IMG/VR virus record: IMGVR_UViG_3300031555_007195
Coordinates: 1 to 64,000 of that record
DNA length: 64,000 nucleotides
Reading direction: 5' to 3' (one strand)
Source of the DNA: a virus
Lineage: Duplodnaviria; Caudoviricetes
Positions 26,794 through 36,055 of the stretch are shown here, in pieces (position 1 is the first letter of the stretch; every line of letters starts with the position of its first letter). The notes beneath the pieces are model-generated. The model did no database searches. It was not told the DNA's origin and saw only the letters and a list, made by a program, of their open reading frames with translations. Position numbers and translations under genes: made by a program.

Positions 26794-28824
26794 TTATAGA
26801 TTTGATAGTGCAAATTTCAACTTTGGCATTAGCTCATCAATAATATCTTCCACAGCCTTGCCATCTGCATAGATATTGATGTTGAAATGATTCTCTGCCT
26901 TTTGCGGTGCTTTCTGTGCAAGAGGTGTAACCTGTGCTCCTCTTGGTAAGGTCAACATTTCGGGGCCTTTTTCACCGACAATAACGGTACCGTCTGTTCG
27001 GATTGTACCACCTTTTGCAAGGAGTGGAATCTGCGGAGCGGTGAAGGTAGGAATAGCCGGAATGCCGACAGCACCCGTTACCTTGTTGATTCCGTTAATA
27101 AGTCCGTTGACACCTGAAACAGCACCACGAATCATAGAATTGATGGCTGAAATGATACCGTTAATAGCACCTTTTATAGCACCAACAATTCCGTTCCATA
27201 CATTTTTGATTGCGTTTCCGATGCCCGTGAATACGGAAGTGCAAGCAGATGAAATTGTGTTCCAAGCTCCACTTAAGAAGCCTGTGATTCCGTTCCAAAC
27301 TGACATCACAGTATTTTTGATTCCTTCCCACAAGCCGGAGAAGAATGAACCGATTGCCGAGCCGACAGAAACGAAGAAATCACCAACCGCTTGAAATGCG
27401 TTTTTACACCAAGCACAGATTGAGTCCCAATTCATCCACATCGCAACACCAATGGCGATAAGGGCACCGATAGCAACAATGATAATACCGATTGGATTCG
27501 CAGTAAGCGCCACATTTAATGCCCACTGTGCCGCAGTACAAATGCCCTGACAAATTGCCCAAGCATTCTGAACAAGGTTAATAGCAAGAACGGCCCCTTT
27601 ATATACAAGGATTGCTCCGGCTATACCTGCGATGATTGGAGCTATCAAACCCCAATTATTAACAAAGAACTCAAACACAGCCGTAGCTCCTGCAACAACC
27701 CCTGCAAGGGCATCTACAATAAACGGCAGTCCTACATCCTTAACCCAATTAAGTGCGGGTTTACAAAACTCAAATGCAGAAAAAAGAGCATTCTTCAGTA
27801 TTCCAAGAATCGTAAGAATACCGCTGAATGCACCCGAATTCGCCACTACTGCGTTTTTTATATTTGTAAATGCTGATACACCAAAATTCCATACCGCTTG
27901 AAATGCTGTAGCAAGAGGCGGCAGAACATTGTCTTTAATCCATACAAGTGGAACTTTTACGGCATTTACTGCGTTTGTCATAAACTGTTGAGCTTGAGGA
28001 ATTTTTGATGCCATGAATGTAACAACACTTGTTACTGCAGGTAGTACCGCATAACCAACAATGTCTTTTACCGAACCCCACGCATTTTTTAACTGTATAA
28101 CCTTTCCTTCAGGAGTGTTTGCCATGTTTTCTGCCAAGCCTCCGAAGTTCTGATTTAACACTTCAATAAGGGTTGCTGTTCGTTCTGACTCTGTCCCTGT
28201 TTTAAGGATTTGTCCTTGTGCTTCTGTAAAAGAAACACCTACACGGGAAAGAGCACCAACTTGACCTTGCATAACCTTACCAACGAGGTTTGCGGTTTGA
28301 ATCATCTGCTCTTGAGATACATTCACACCATATGTACCAACAGCGAGGTTCTGAATAGAAGGAAGTAAGTCCTTTATTGATGATGATTGGAGCTGAAATG
28401 TTGCAAGCTGTGATGCACCTGCAACTGTAGCATCACCTTCTATGGTTGTTACGAGTTCAAGTGCATCACCATAAGCAATAATTTCATCAACTTGTGCTTG
28501 GGTTGTTCCTTGCACATTCATCATAAGCGTTCCAAGACGCTCATTAGCTCGTTCAAGCTCCATAACCCCGGTTACACAGTCAGTTACAAAGTCTTTAGCT
28601 TGGCTGAATCCGGCATAAGCCGCAACAACCCCGGTTACTTTTTTAGCGAGACCTGCGAGGGTATCCCCGGTGGTCTTGCTTTGAGTACCCATTTTCTTAA
28701 GACTTCCTGTAGCATTTGTGGTGTTGTTTTTTAGGTTTTTCAAGCCGTTAATGGCATTCTTTATCCCGGTAGTAAAGTTACCGTCCTTGATGGACAAGGT
28801 TGCACCGATATTTTTCTTTGCCAT
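26794..28824 (-). CDS. Tape measure protein
   Basis: A/G-rich helical sequence with W/F periodic repeats, ANPIGIII and AKGG...GEKGPE. Confidence 0.9.
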   Translation of the reverse strand: MAKKNIGATLSIKDGNFTTGIKNAINGLKNLKNNTTNATGSLKKMGTQSKTTGDTLAGLAKKVTGVVAAYAGFSQAKDFVTDCVTGVMELERANERLGTLMMNVQGTTQAQVDEIIAYGDALELVTTIEGDATVAGASQLATFQLQSSSIKDLLPSIQNLAVGTYGVNVSQEQMIQTANLVGKVMQGQVGALSRVGVSFTEAQGQILKTGTESERTATLIEVLNQNFGGLAENMANTPEGKVIQLKNAWGSVKDIVGYAVLPAVTSVVTFMASKIPQAQQFMTNAVNAVKVPLVWIKDNVLPPLATAFQAVWNFGVSAFTNIKNAVVANSGAFSGILTILGILKNALFSAFEFCKPALNWVKDVGLPFIVDALAGVVAGATAVFEFFVNNWGLIAPIIAGIAGAILVYKGAVLAINLVQNAWAICQGICTAAQWALNVALTANPIGIIIVAIGALIAIGVAMWMNWDSICAWCKNAFQAVGDFFVSVGSAIGSFFSGLWEGIKNTVMSVWNGITGFLSGAWNTISSACTSVFTGIGNAIKNVWNGIVGAIKGAINGIISAINSMIRGAVSGVNGLINGINKVTGAVGIPAIPTFTAPQIPLLAKGGTIRTDGTVIVGEKGPEMLTLPRGAQVTPLAQKAPQKAENHFNINIYADGKAVEDIIDELMPKLKFALSNL

Positions 28825-28973
28825 TAGCTCTCACCACCTGTCAATGCCTTATATTTTTCAAGCTCGTCCTCCATAAAGATTTCATAACAACCTTTATAAA
28901 ACAGCTTTTCAGCAAATGGTAAGTTTATAATCTTTTCAGGGACGATTCCTCGATTAAGGAAGTGACAGAGCAT
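28824..28973 (-). CDS. Tail assembly chaperone C-terminal (gpT-like) segment
   Basis: Not in the ORF track; MLCHFLNRGIVPEKIINLPFAEKLFYKGCYEIFMEDELEKYKALTGGES; TAATG overlap with the tape measure start; reachable by -1 frameshift. Confidence 0.75.
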   Translation of the reverse strand: MLCHFLNRGIVPEKIINLPFAEKLFYKGCYEIFMEDELEKYKALTGGES

Positions 28974-28993
28974 GGCAAGCTCTCCGTCACCTC

Positions 28994-29374
28994 TTATGAG
29001 TTTTTTATGTCATTTACCACTTTTACACCGTCAACATATCCTGCGAGTTTCAAGCACTCAACAGCAATCTGCGGAATTTCTCCTGTTTCAAAAACCTTCT
29101 CGACAATTTCCATTGGGTCAACACAGCCGAACTCTGTCTGCAATTCTTTTGACTTAAGACAGGGTTCAACCACGCATGAGTAAACCATATAAGCATCACC
29201 GTTGTCCATTTCTTGTGCATCACGGGCGAGTGCTGCTGTCGGACTTTCGATTGTGATAGTTCCGTCAAGAGACTTTACATACAGCTCGGCTGTTTTAGGT
29301 TTCTTCTTGCTTTCAAGCATCTGTTCTTTTCTGCGGATAAGTTCCTGCAGAGTGATTTTTGTATTCTTATTCAT
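28994..29374 (-). CDS. Tail assembly chaperone (XkdN-like)
   Basis: YSCVVEPCLKSKEL...GEI; position between tube and tape measure genes. Confidence 0.82.
   Translation of the reverse strand: MNKNTKITLQELIRRKEQMLESKKKPKTAELYVKSLDGTITIESPTAALARDAQEMDNGDAYMVYSCVVEPCLKSKELQTEFGCVDPMEIVEKVFETGEIPQIAVECLKLAGYVDGVKVVNDIKNS
29000..29006 (-). other. -1 programmed ribosomal frameshift heptamer A_AAA_AAC
   Basis: Minus strand ATA AAA AAC TCA TAA; the -1 frame reads ...K L I R G D G E L A M L C H F into the downstream ORF. Confidence 0.75.
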
Positions 29375-29380
29375 GAAAAA

Positions 29381-29821
29381 TTACCTCACTTTCACTAAAT
29401 CCGGGAAGTAGTAATCGGTGAAGCCACCGCTGTATTCCTCGTCAATCATCTTTGCGTTTTCAAACTTCTGAAGAGTAAGCTCGTTAAACCAAGCATTCTC
29501 AATTACAAGTCTTTCGCTGCCGTATGCATCAGGGTCATCAATTTTTGAAATGATCTGAATACGGACATCCTGACCTTGTTTTATTTTTTCGGAAAGGAGC
29601 TGTGCTCCACGAGAGAACACTTTCTTAACCTTCATGCTCCATTCACCCGTGAGACCTGTCATTTTGGAGTCCTTTGCCATCTGCATAACAAAGTCAACAT
29701 CCTCACGCTCAATTTTCACCTTTGCTTCGTATGAATCAGTTTCGTAAACAGGCTCTCCATCAATGTAAACCATGCCCCATTTACCATTCATAACTCTTGG
29801 TGCTGTAGGTTTTACTGCCAT
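29381..29821 (-). CDS. Tail tube protein (XkdM-like)
   Basis: MNGKWGMVYIDGE, SKIDDPDAYGSER. Confidence 0.88.
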   Translation of the reverse strand: MAVKPTAPRVMNGKWGMVYIDGEPVYETDSYEAKVKIEREDVDFVMQMAKDSKMTGLTGEWSMKVKKVFSRGAQLLSEKIKQGQDVRIQIISKIDDPDAYGSERLVIENAWFNELTLQKFENAKMIDEEYSGGFTDYYFPDLVKVR

Positions 29822-29835
29822 GTTCGGATACCTCC

Positions 29836-30891
29836 TTATTCAATGTAAATTCTGAAGTTCAAATCTTCGATAGCATCTTGGATTTGAATGTTTGCTTTTA
29901 CAAACACATTTGTGCCTGTATTTGCGGTCTTGATTTTTTCATCATCCCAACTTGATACATCCTTTGTTTGGCTAAGCCATTCACGGGTTGCATCAATATC
30001 GATTTCAGCCTTGTTGTCGAACTGGTCATAAAGAACACCACGGCTTGCAAGGTCTTTGAAATACTTATTGACCGCAGCTATAAATACGATTTTGTTATCG
30101 TATGAGTTTTCAACCTTACCGACAAACTCATCCTCGAATGTGTTTCTGATATCATCACGAATCATATCCACAGCTTCGACAATCTTAATCTTTGCAAAGT
30201 CGGAACTCTTATTTTCTGTAAACTCCGTAAGAGAGTTAACACCTCTTGCAATCTTGATTTTTGTACCATCATTAATGAGGATAAGTTTTCCGTTGTCGAT
30301 GTCTGCATCGGGAGTAATGCTTTCGGTAATACTCTCAACTTCGGGAAGTGCATAGTATGTGGCACTTCTGTTAAGAGGAAGTCCTGCAAGGATACCTGCT
30401 ATTCTCGGTGCAAATTCAGCGGTTGTATATGTTTTTGAACCAACCTTGATGTTGTCGGTTTCAAAATTAATAATGCCTTCAAATCCGGCAGAACAATGCG
30501 GAAGAATGGCTTTGAATGTCTTATGGTTCTGATTACGCATTTCGGTAATGAAACCGACAACAGAATCAATTTCATCATCTGTGATTTGCGGAACCGTTAA
30601 GTAATACCATTGCTTGTTTACCAATCTTTCAAGAGCTACATTGACATCATCATCGGTTCTTACTCTCTCAACGATAACCTTTGAAGGACTGCCCATAAAA
30701 ATGAGCTGTAAAAAAGCGAGATTCGTTGCCGTAAAATGGCTTTTTATAATCTCGCTCTCTTTTGTGTAGGTATATGTTTCTGTAGTGTTGCTGTTGTCCT
30801 TTAAGATGACAGCAACAATGCCTCGTTCACTTCTTGAAATGATAGTTTCTGCGAGGGTCTTAAATTCAATTAAAATTTTAGGAAGTCCCAT
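29836..30891 (-). CDS. Tail sheath protein (XkdK-like)
   Basis: MGLPKILIEF, RIAGILAG, IARGVNSL, KIKIVEAVD, DAIEDL. Confidence 0.9.
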   Translation of the reverse strand: MGLPKILIEFKTLAETIISRSERGIVAVILKDNSNTTETYTYTKESEIIKSHFTATNLAFLQLIFMGSPSKVIVERVRTDDDVNVALERLVNKQWYYLTVPQITDDEIDSVVGFITEMRNQNHKTFKAILPHCSAGFEGIINFETDNIKVGSKTYTTAEFAPRIAGILAGLPLNRSATYYALPEVESITESITPDADIDNGKLILINDGTKIKIARGVNSLTEFTENKSSDFAKIKIVEAVDMIRDDIRNTFEDEFVGKVENSYDNKIVFIAAVNKYFKDLASRGVLYDQFDNKAEIDIDATREWLSQTKDVSSWDDEKIKTANTGTNVFVKANIQIQDAIEDLNFRIYIE

Positions 30892-31321
30892 GACTACCTG
30901 TCACCACACTTTCATTTAATGATTTCATTTTAGGAGTTTTTGTTGTTTTCCTATTTGTTTCCTGTAGGAACTCAAGCTCAAAGTATGCAAGCAGAGTTGA
31001 TTTGTCAGCATCGAATGTTATTTCATTGATTGACAAATATCTGTCATCAACTTTGAGAGGAGTGGTAAGAAATATCTTCTTGAAATCTTCAGCGGTTTTT
31101 ATAAGTTCCTCTTTGGTTTCGATTGCCGGGAAGTATGCGATTTCTACGCTGTCCGTTACAAGTTCAGAAAACTGATTCTGTACTTCTACATTGACGGGCA
31201 TAACCTCAATAAAACAAGCAGGCTTTGAAAAACCTTCTTTGACCTCCGAAGCAATGACAGAGTAATCATTTTTCTTTAGGAGCTTTGCAACCGCTGTTTG
31301 TATATCTTTTAAGTCAATCAT
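30878..31321 (-). CDS. Tail terminator-like protein
   Basis: EGFSKPACFI; position before the sheath gene. Confidence 0.65.
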   Translation of the reverse strand: MIDLKDIQTAVAKLLKKNDYSVIASEVKEGFSKPACFIEVMPVNVEVQNQFSELVTDSVEIAYFPAIETKEELIKTAEDFKKIFLTTPLKVDDRYLSINEITFDADKSTLLAYFELEFLQETNRKTTKTPKMKSLNESVVTGSHGTS

Positions 31322-31800
31322 AATTCAACCTCTTTCACGAGGTCGGCAAGGAGCTTCTCTGCCGACTTATCGAATGTATTTTCGATGTCAGATAAAGCAG
31401 AAGAAATCATATGTTTACCTTCAACTCGACCGCCGGACTTAACACCTCGAACAGCTCTTTGCAAGACATTCAGTTTTCGTCCGTTTTTACTGCCTTTGCC
31501 ACCCGTTACAACCTCATGTCCATCTTCAACAAGATGGGCATATCTGTGTGCGGATTGCATACGGGCGACTCGTGCTTTGCCATAAACTTTCGGCTTTTTA
31601 GCTCTCCATGTGGATTTGAGCTTTTTGGTTTTACCTATAGGAGTTTTGCTTTTGGTTCGGTTGGCTGCAACACGAGTCATTGCCATAAGCATTGCATCGG
31701 TTTTGTTTGGGTATTTTTGCTCTATACGATTAAAGGCTTTCTGCAAATCTTCAAAACCGAAAGTACCATCATCTTTAGCCATCGTATTCCTCGGTATCAA
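31318..31800 (-). CDS. HK97 gp10-like neck protein
   Basis: TPIGKTKKLKSTW, YAHLVEDGH, VEGKHM. Confidence 0.8.
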   Translation of the reverse strand: MIPRNTMAKDDGTFGFEDLQKAFNRIEQKYPNKTDAMLMAMTRVAANRTKSKTPIGKTKKLKSTWRAKKPKVYGKARVARMQSAHRYAHLVEDGHEVVTGGKGSKNGRKLNVLQRAVRGVKSGGRVEGKHMISSALSDIENTFDKSAEKLLADLVKEVEL

Positions 31801-32266
31801 AATTCTGTGCTGTTGTTTTATCCTTTTCGGTAGCCACTATTTGAAGCTCCTCATGTCTACCATTAAGGTCGAGAATTGATACGATTTCAAACTCCCTGTT
31901 GTCATACAAAATATGCATATCCTGTGTAATCCTCGGAAAGAAACGGGTTGATATTTTGTATGTGGTTTCGGTACGGAGTTTTTGGCTTTCTTCGTACTCT
32001 CTGCCACTCATGGGAACAACAAGTCCTGCAACAGAGAAGTTTTTAAGTGCCAACTTATGAGCATAAGGTTTGCCGTTATTGTATTCTAATATGGCATTGC
32101 CGTCATTGTCATAAGTCAAATAAACCTTATCTGCATCTACCTGAAGAGGCAAAGGAAGAAAAGGCTTGAATGGTTTGTATCTCGGTACAGTTTCACCCAT
32201 AGAATTTGTTTTCATATCTGTAGGATGAAGGAATATAATTCTGTGCCTTAATTTTGAAAAGTTCAT
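31775..32266 (-). CDS. Head closure / head-tail adaptor
   Basis: KLRHRI, SGREY, ITQDMHILYDNREFEI. Confidence 0.8.
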   Translation of the reverse strand: MNFSKLRHRIIFLHPTDMKTNSMGETVPRYKPFKPFLPLPLQVDADKVYLTYDNDGNAILEYNNGKPYAHKLALKNFSVAGLVVPMSGREYEESQKLRTETTYKISTRFFPRITQDMHILYDNREFEIVSILDLNGRHEELQIVATEKDKTTAQNFDTEEYDG

Positions 32267-32523
32267 CAGAACACCTCGTTTCTATAATCATCCAAAAGAC
32301 GGTACACCGCTTTTGGGAGAGGTGTGCCATCTCTGTGTTCAAAGTAGTGAGAAATTACCAAGAGCTGTGCAAGTCTTATACTTTCAATCTGCTCGGTCGG
32401 GAGCTCCTTCCGAAGATAGTTCTCGCATAATTCCTTTGCAAGAAGCAGAAGGACGGAAATATATCCGTCCTCCGCATCTGTATCAAGTCTTAAAAATTCC
32501 TTTACTTCATCAATCGTCAGCAT
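32266..32523 (-). CDS. Head-tail connector (gp6-like)
   Basis: LTIDEVKEFLRLD...AKELCENYL...SHYFEHR. Confidence 0.85.
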   Translation of the reverse strand: MLTIDEVKEFLRLDTDAEDGYISVLLLLAKELCENYLRKELPTEQIESIRLAQLLVISHYFEHRDGTPLPKAVYRLLDDYRNEVF

Positions 32524-32686
32524 TGGCTTTTGCACCTGCCTTCGGCTTTGATGCAGTTATCTTAATCTCTTCCGCAAGGTTGCCTTCAACGAGGTCTTTT
32601 CCGACCTCGTTGGTTACATCGACAACATCGCCTTTTTTGTATGAGAACTTAAGTCCGCTGCATCCCTTAAGAATTTTTATCTTCAT
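32510..32686 (-). CDS. Small head-associated hypothetical protein
   Basis: Not in the ORF track; MKIKILKGCSGLKFSYKKGDVVDVTNEVGKDLVEGNLAEEI...; RBS GAGGTG. Confidence 0.65.
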   Translation of the reverse strand: MKIKILKGCSGLKFSYKKGDVVDVTNEVGKDLVEGNLAEEIKITASKPKAGAKANADD

Positions 32687-32697
32687 AAGGCATCACC

Positions 32698-33900
32698 TCA
32701 CGCATTCTTCATTTTGAGAACCTTCATTGCTTCGGGAAGGATGAGTTTACCATCAAGTCTCTTTGTAGCAAGGAATCCTACCTGACCGCTGTCAGCAAAT
32801 CTTTCATTGAGTCTCTTGAAAGTAATACCTTCACGGTCACCAATCCAATAGTAAGTGAAGTCACCGAAAATAACGGGCTTCTGTCCAGCTTTGAGTTCAG
32901 GCATGAAAGGTGAAGTGTATACTTTCTTACCGAGAATGGTTTCATAATCTCCGGCATGAAGTGCAGGCTGCCACAAATACTGTCCGTTTTCGTCCTTGAG
33001 CTTTCTGATAGCCGCAACCGTAGCATCGTTAAGAACCCAAACTGCATTCTTACGATAAGGCGCTTTAAGGCTATAGAAAAGGTCTACAATATCATCGGCG
33101 GTAATAGCTGTAGCGGATGCGGTTGTAATACCGATTTCTGCACCGCCATCATCGGCAAGTACACCGAGAGGCTTCTTAACACCGTTACCTGTGAAGAAGG
33201 ATTCTTCTTCCTTGTCACCGATTCTTCTTGTGAACTCTGCAGAGAAATATGACTCAAGGTCGAAAGCAGAATCGTTAAGAAGTTCTTCCGAAACCTTAAT
33301 AATTGTACCAACCTTGTGTGCATCAATCTGCTGCTGACCGAATGTATCATCACCATCGGGAATAATACCTTCTTCTTCAACCCAAGAAGCGGTGCCTTTT
33401 TCAGTTACAATCGGAATCTTGTGACTACCGCTGTTCGTGGTGATAACGGTTGCGTGCTTACGAACAATAGTCTCGTTTTCAAGAGACTGCACAAGAGTTT
33501 TTTCAAACTCGTCCGGCACAAGGTAACCACCTTCAGAATCGACACCTTCCTGAAGTGCGTTTCTTACTTCATAGGAAACAGAGCCGTTTTTAGCTCTTGC
33601 CTGATTCCAAAACGCATCCTTATAACTGTCGGAAGCACGACCTGTCTTTTTATCTTCCTTTGCAGTTACAGGCTTTTCGGTAATAGGTGTGGATACAGGC
33701 TTTGAAAGCTGGGCATCCATAGCTTCGAGTCTTTCCATTCTGCCGATTGCTTCATCGTACTTTTTGATGCTCTTTTCCATGTCATCGTATGTAGCACTAT
33801 CTTCAGCAGAAAGGATTCCGTCAGTAGCGTGTGCTTCCAAGAATGCTTTAGCTGCTTCAAATGCCTTTGCTCTTTTGTTACGCATTTCAATAATATTCAT
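32698..33900 (-). CDS. Major capsid protein (HK97 fold)
   Basis: SEGGYLVPDEF, AWVEEEG-like segment, SEELLND, FGDF..Y, RLDG. Confidence 0.93.
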   Translation of the reverse strand: MNIIEMRNKRAKAFEAAKAFLEAHATDGILSAEDSATYDDMEKSIKKYDEAIGRMERLEAMDAQLSKPVSTPITEKPVTAKEDKKTGRASDSYKDAFWNQARAKNGSVSYEVRNALQEGVDSEGGYLVPDEFEKTLVQSLENETIVRKHATVITTNSGSHKIPIVTEKGTASWVEEEGIIPDGDDTFGQQQIDAHKVGTIIKVSEELLNDSAFDLESYFSAEFTRRIGDKEEESFFTGNGVKKPLGVLADDGGAEIGITTASATAITADDIVDLFYSLKAPYRKNAVWVLNDATVAAIRKLKDENGQYLWQPALHAGDYETILGKKVYTSPFMPELKAGQKPVIFGDFTYYWIGDREGITFKRLNERFADSGQVGFLATKRLDGKLILPEAMKVLKMKNA

Positions 33901-33919
33901 AATTAAAATCCTCCTTAAA

Positions 33920-34783
33920 TTATCTCTTCATAAGATTTAATCGTTCCATAAGTTCACTTACAGAGCGACCGCTTTGGGGATTAGCGGTGTTGGTTGTTTT
34001 GGGTGAGTTATAATGCTGTGAAAGTTTTGTCATCAATGCATTGTCCGATGCTCTTCTTGAGAACATCATTGCACTAACTGTGTTTTCCGAAGGTGCCGGA
34101 GGAGTAGACTTTTTCTTTTCCTCCTCATCATCGGTTTCTTCTTCGGGAGTTTCAGCCGGAGGAGTATCCTCGGTCTGTTCAGGTGTTGCTTCTTCAGTTC
34201 CGAGTTCGATTTCTTCTTCGTCCTCGTCATCCTCATCGTTGTTTCTGAAAAGAATGTCATCCGCAAAACCAAGCTCCACAGCTTTGTAAGCATTCATCCA
34301 TGTTTCGGAATCCATAAGGTGTGATATCTTTGCTCTCGACATTCCTGTCTTGAGATGATAAGCATTGATGATGGATTCCTTGACCTCATCAAGCATCTCG
34401 ATTGCTTTCTGCATATCCCCGGCATTGCCCATTGCAACTGTCATAGGGTTATGAATCATAAGCATTGAGACGGGCGACATTAAAACTGTATTGCCTGCCA
34501 TAGCAATAACAGATGCTGCCGATGCAGCGATGCCATCAATTTTGATGGTTACATTGCCGTTGTAATCCTTCAGCATATTGTAAATCTGTGCGGCAGCTAC
34601 ACAGTCACCACCGGGAGAGTTAATCCAAACAGTTACATCACCGTCCCCGGAGAACAATTCATCTTTAAAAAGCTGTGGTGTGACATCATCATCAAACCAG
34701 CTCTCTTCGGCGATTGTTCCGTTGAGGTGAAGAATCCTTGCTTGGGTCTCCTCGTTGTTCGTCCAGTTCCAGAACTTCTTCAT
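33920..34783 (-). CDS. ClpP-type head maturation protease
   Basis: WINSPGGD, IDGIAASAAS, MIHNP, ETWMNA; acidic linker and C-terminal scaffold-like tail. Confidence 0.9.
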   Translation of the reverse strand: MKKFWNWTNNEETQARILHLNGTIAEESWFDDDVTPQLFKDELFSGDGDVTVWINSPGGDCVAAAQIYNMLKDYNGNVTIKIDGIAASAASVIAMAGNTVLMSPVSMLMIHNPMTVAMGNAGDMQKAIEMLDEVKESIINAYHLKTGMSRAKISHLMDSETWMNAYKAVELGFADDILFRNNDEDDEDEEEIELGTEEATPEQTEDTPPAETPEEETDDEEEKKKSTPPAPSENTVSAMMFSRRASDNALMTKLSQHYNSPKTTNTANPQSGRSVSELMERLNLMKR

Positions 34784-36041
34784 TTTCTTCGCTTACCTCC
34801 TTATCGGTATTTATATTTGCAAAAGCTCCGGCATTACCAAGCGGAAGCATATTGCCGTTAATTAAGTAAAGGTCACCACCAAGTTCAACAGGGATGCGGT
34901 CGAGATTTTCAAGCTCACGGATATCGTTTGCACTCATCCAACCGTTCTGTCTTGCGATGGAGTAACCATTCATTCTGCTCTGATAATCACCACGGAGCAG
35001 ACCTTCAAGATTGAATTTGATAAAATACTCCTTTTTCTCATCGATGGTAAACAAGGCACGAGCCATTGATTGTTCCCAACGAAGCACCCACGGGTCAAGG
35101 GTGTATTTTACGAACTCAAGAGACTGTTGCTCTATATTAGAAAAGCTCGACTTCTCAAGGTCACCAACCATATGCGGTGGCACTCTGAAAATACGAGCTA
35201 TTTCATTGATTTGAAACTTTCTTGTTTCCAAGAATTGTGCTTGTTCCGGGGAAATTGAAATAGTTGTATATTTCATTCCTTCCTCTAAAACAGCAACCTT
35301 GCCGGAGTTTGACGAACCACCAAATTGGCTCTGCCAAGCATCACGGACTTTTGAGGGGTCTTTTATTGTTCCGGGGTGTTCAAGTACACCACTCGGTGCA
35401 GCACCATTAGCAAAGAACTTGGCCCCAAATTCCTCGCAGGCAATTGCCATACCGATTGCATTTTTCGCCATAGCTATAGGCGAATAACCTACAAGACCGT
35501 CAAAACCAAGACCGGGGATGTGAAGTACATCGTAAGGTTTCAGAATAACAGACGAGCCTTCCATTGTATGAGCTTCTTCATTTGCTCTTTGATAGGTGTA
35601 ATACAGCTGTCCGTTTTCATCTCTGTCAACAGTCATCTTATTCGGCATCAAAGGATACAGAGCGATGACTTCACCTTTGCCGTTTCGGATAATTTGTGCA
35701 TAAGCATTACCCCAAAGCAAGAGGTGTGTCATAAGGGTTTCCCTAAATACAAAAGAGCTCATTTCCGGGTTTGGTTCATCATGTAAAAGCAAATACAACG
35801 GATGGTCGATAGCTTTTTCTTTGCCACCGTCCTCGTTATATTTGTAAATGTGAAGTGGCAGACCTGCAATTGCTTCAGCAAGTATCCTTACACAAGAATA
35901 CACCGCTGTCATCTGCATAGCTGACCTTTCGTTTACAGGCTTACCTGATGTTGAGCCACCCATAAAGAAAGTGAAGTTACTGCCAACAGTTCTGTTTTGA
36001 GGCTTATCCCTTGAACGGAATATTCCTTTTAAGATTCCCAT
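34692..36041 (-). CDS. Portal protein (HK97 family)
   Basis: AVYSCV, GNAY, G.SPI, IARIFRVPPH, NGWMSAN. Confidence 0.93.
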   Translation of the reverse strand: MGILKGIFRSRDKPQNRTVGSNFTFFMGGSTSGKPVNERSAMQMTAVYSCVRILAEAIAGLPLHIYKYNEDGGKEKAIDHPLYLLLHDEPNPEMSSFVFRETLMTHLLLWGNAYAQIIRNGKGEVIALYPLMPNKMTVDRDENGQLYYTYQRANEEAHTMEGSSVILKPYDVLHIPGLGFDGLVGYSPIAMAKNAIGMAIACEEFGAKFFANGAAPSGVLEHPGTIKDPSKVRDAWQSQFGGSSNSGKVAVLEEGMKYTTISISPEQAQFLETRKFQINEIARIFRVPPHMVGDLEKSSFSNIEQQSLEFVKYTLDPWVLRWEQSMARALFTIDEKKEYFIKFNLEGLLRGDYQSRMNGYSIARQNGWMSANDIRELENLDRIPVELGGDLYLINGNMLPLGNAGAFANINTDKEVSEENEEVLELDEQRGDPSKDSSPQRNNRRRELV

Positions 36042-36055
36042 ATCGTATCAACCTC

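Noticed and set aside
34041-34293. Separate ORFs or repeat element in the acidic tract
   Set aside because: It is the low-complexity E/D/T/P linker of the prohead protease; the alternative-frame ORFs are by-products.
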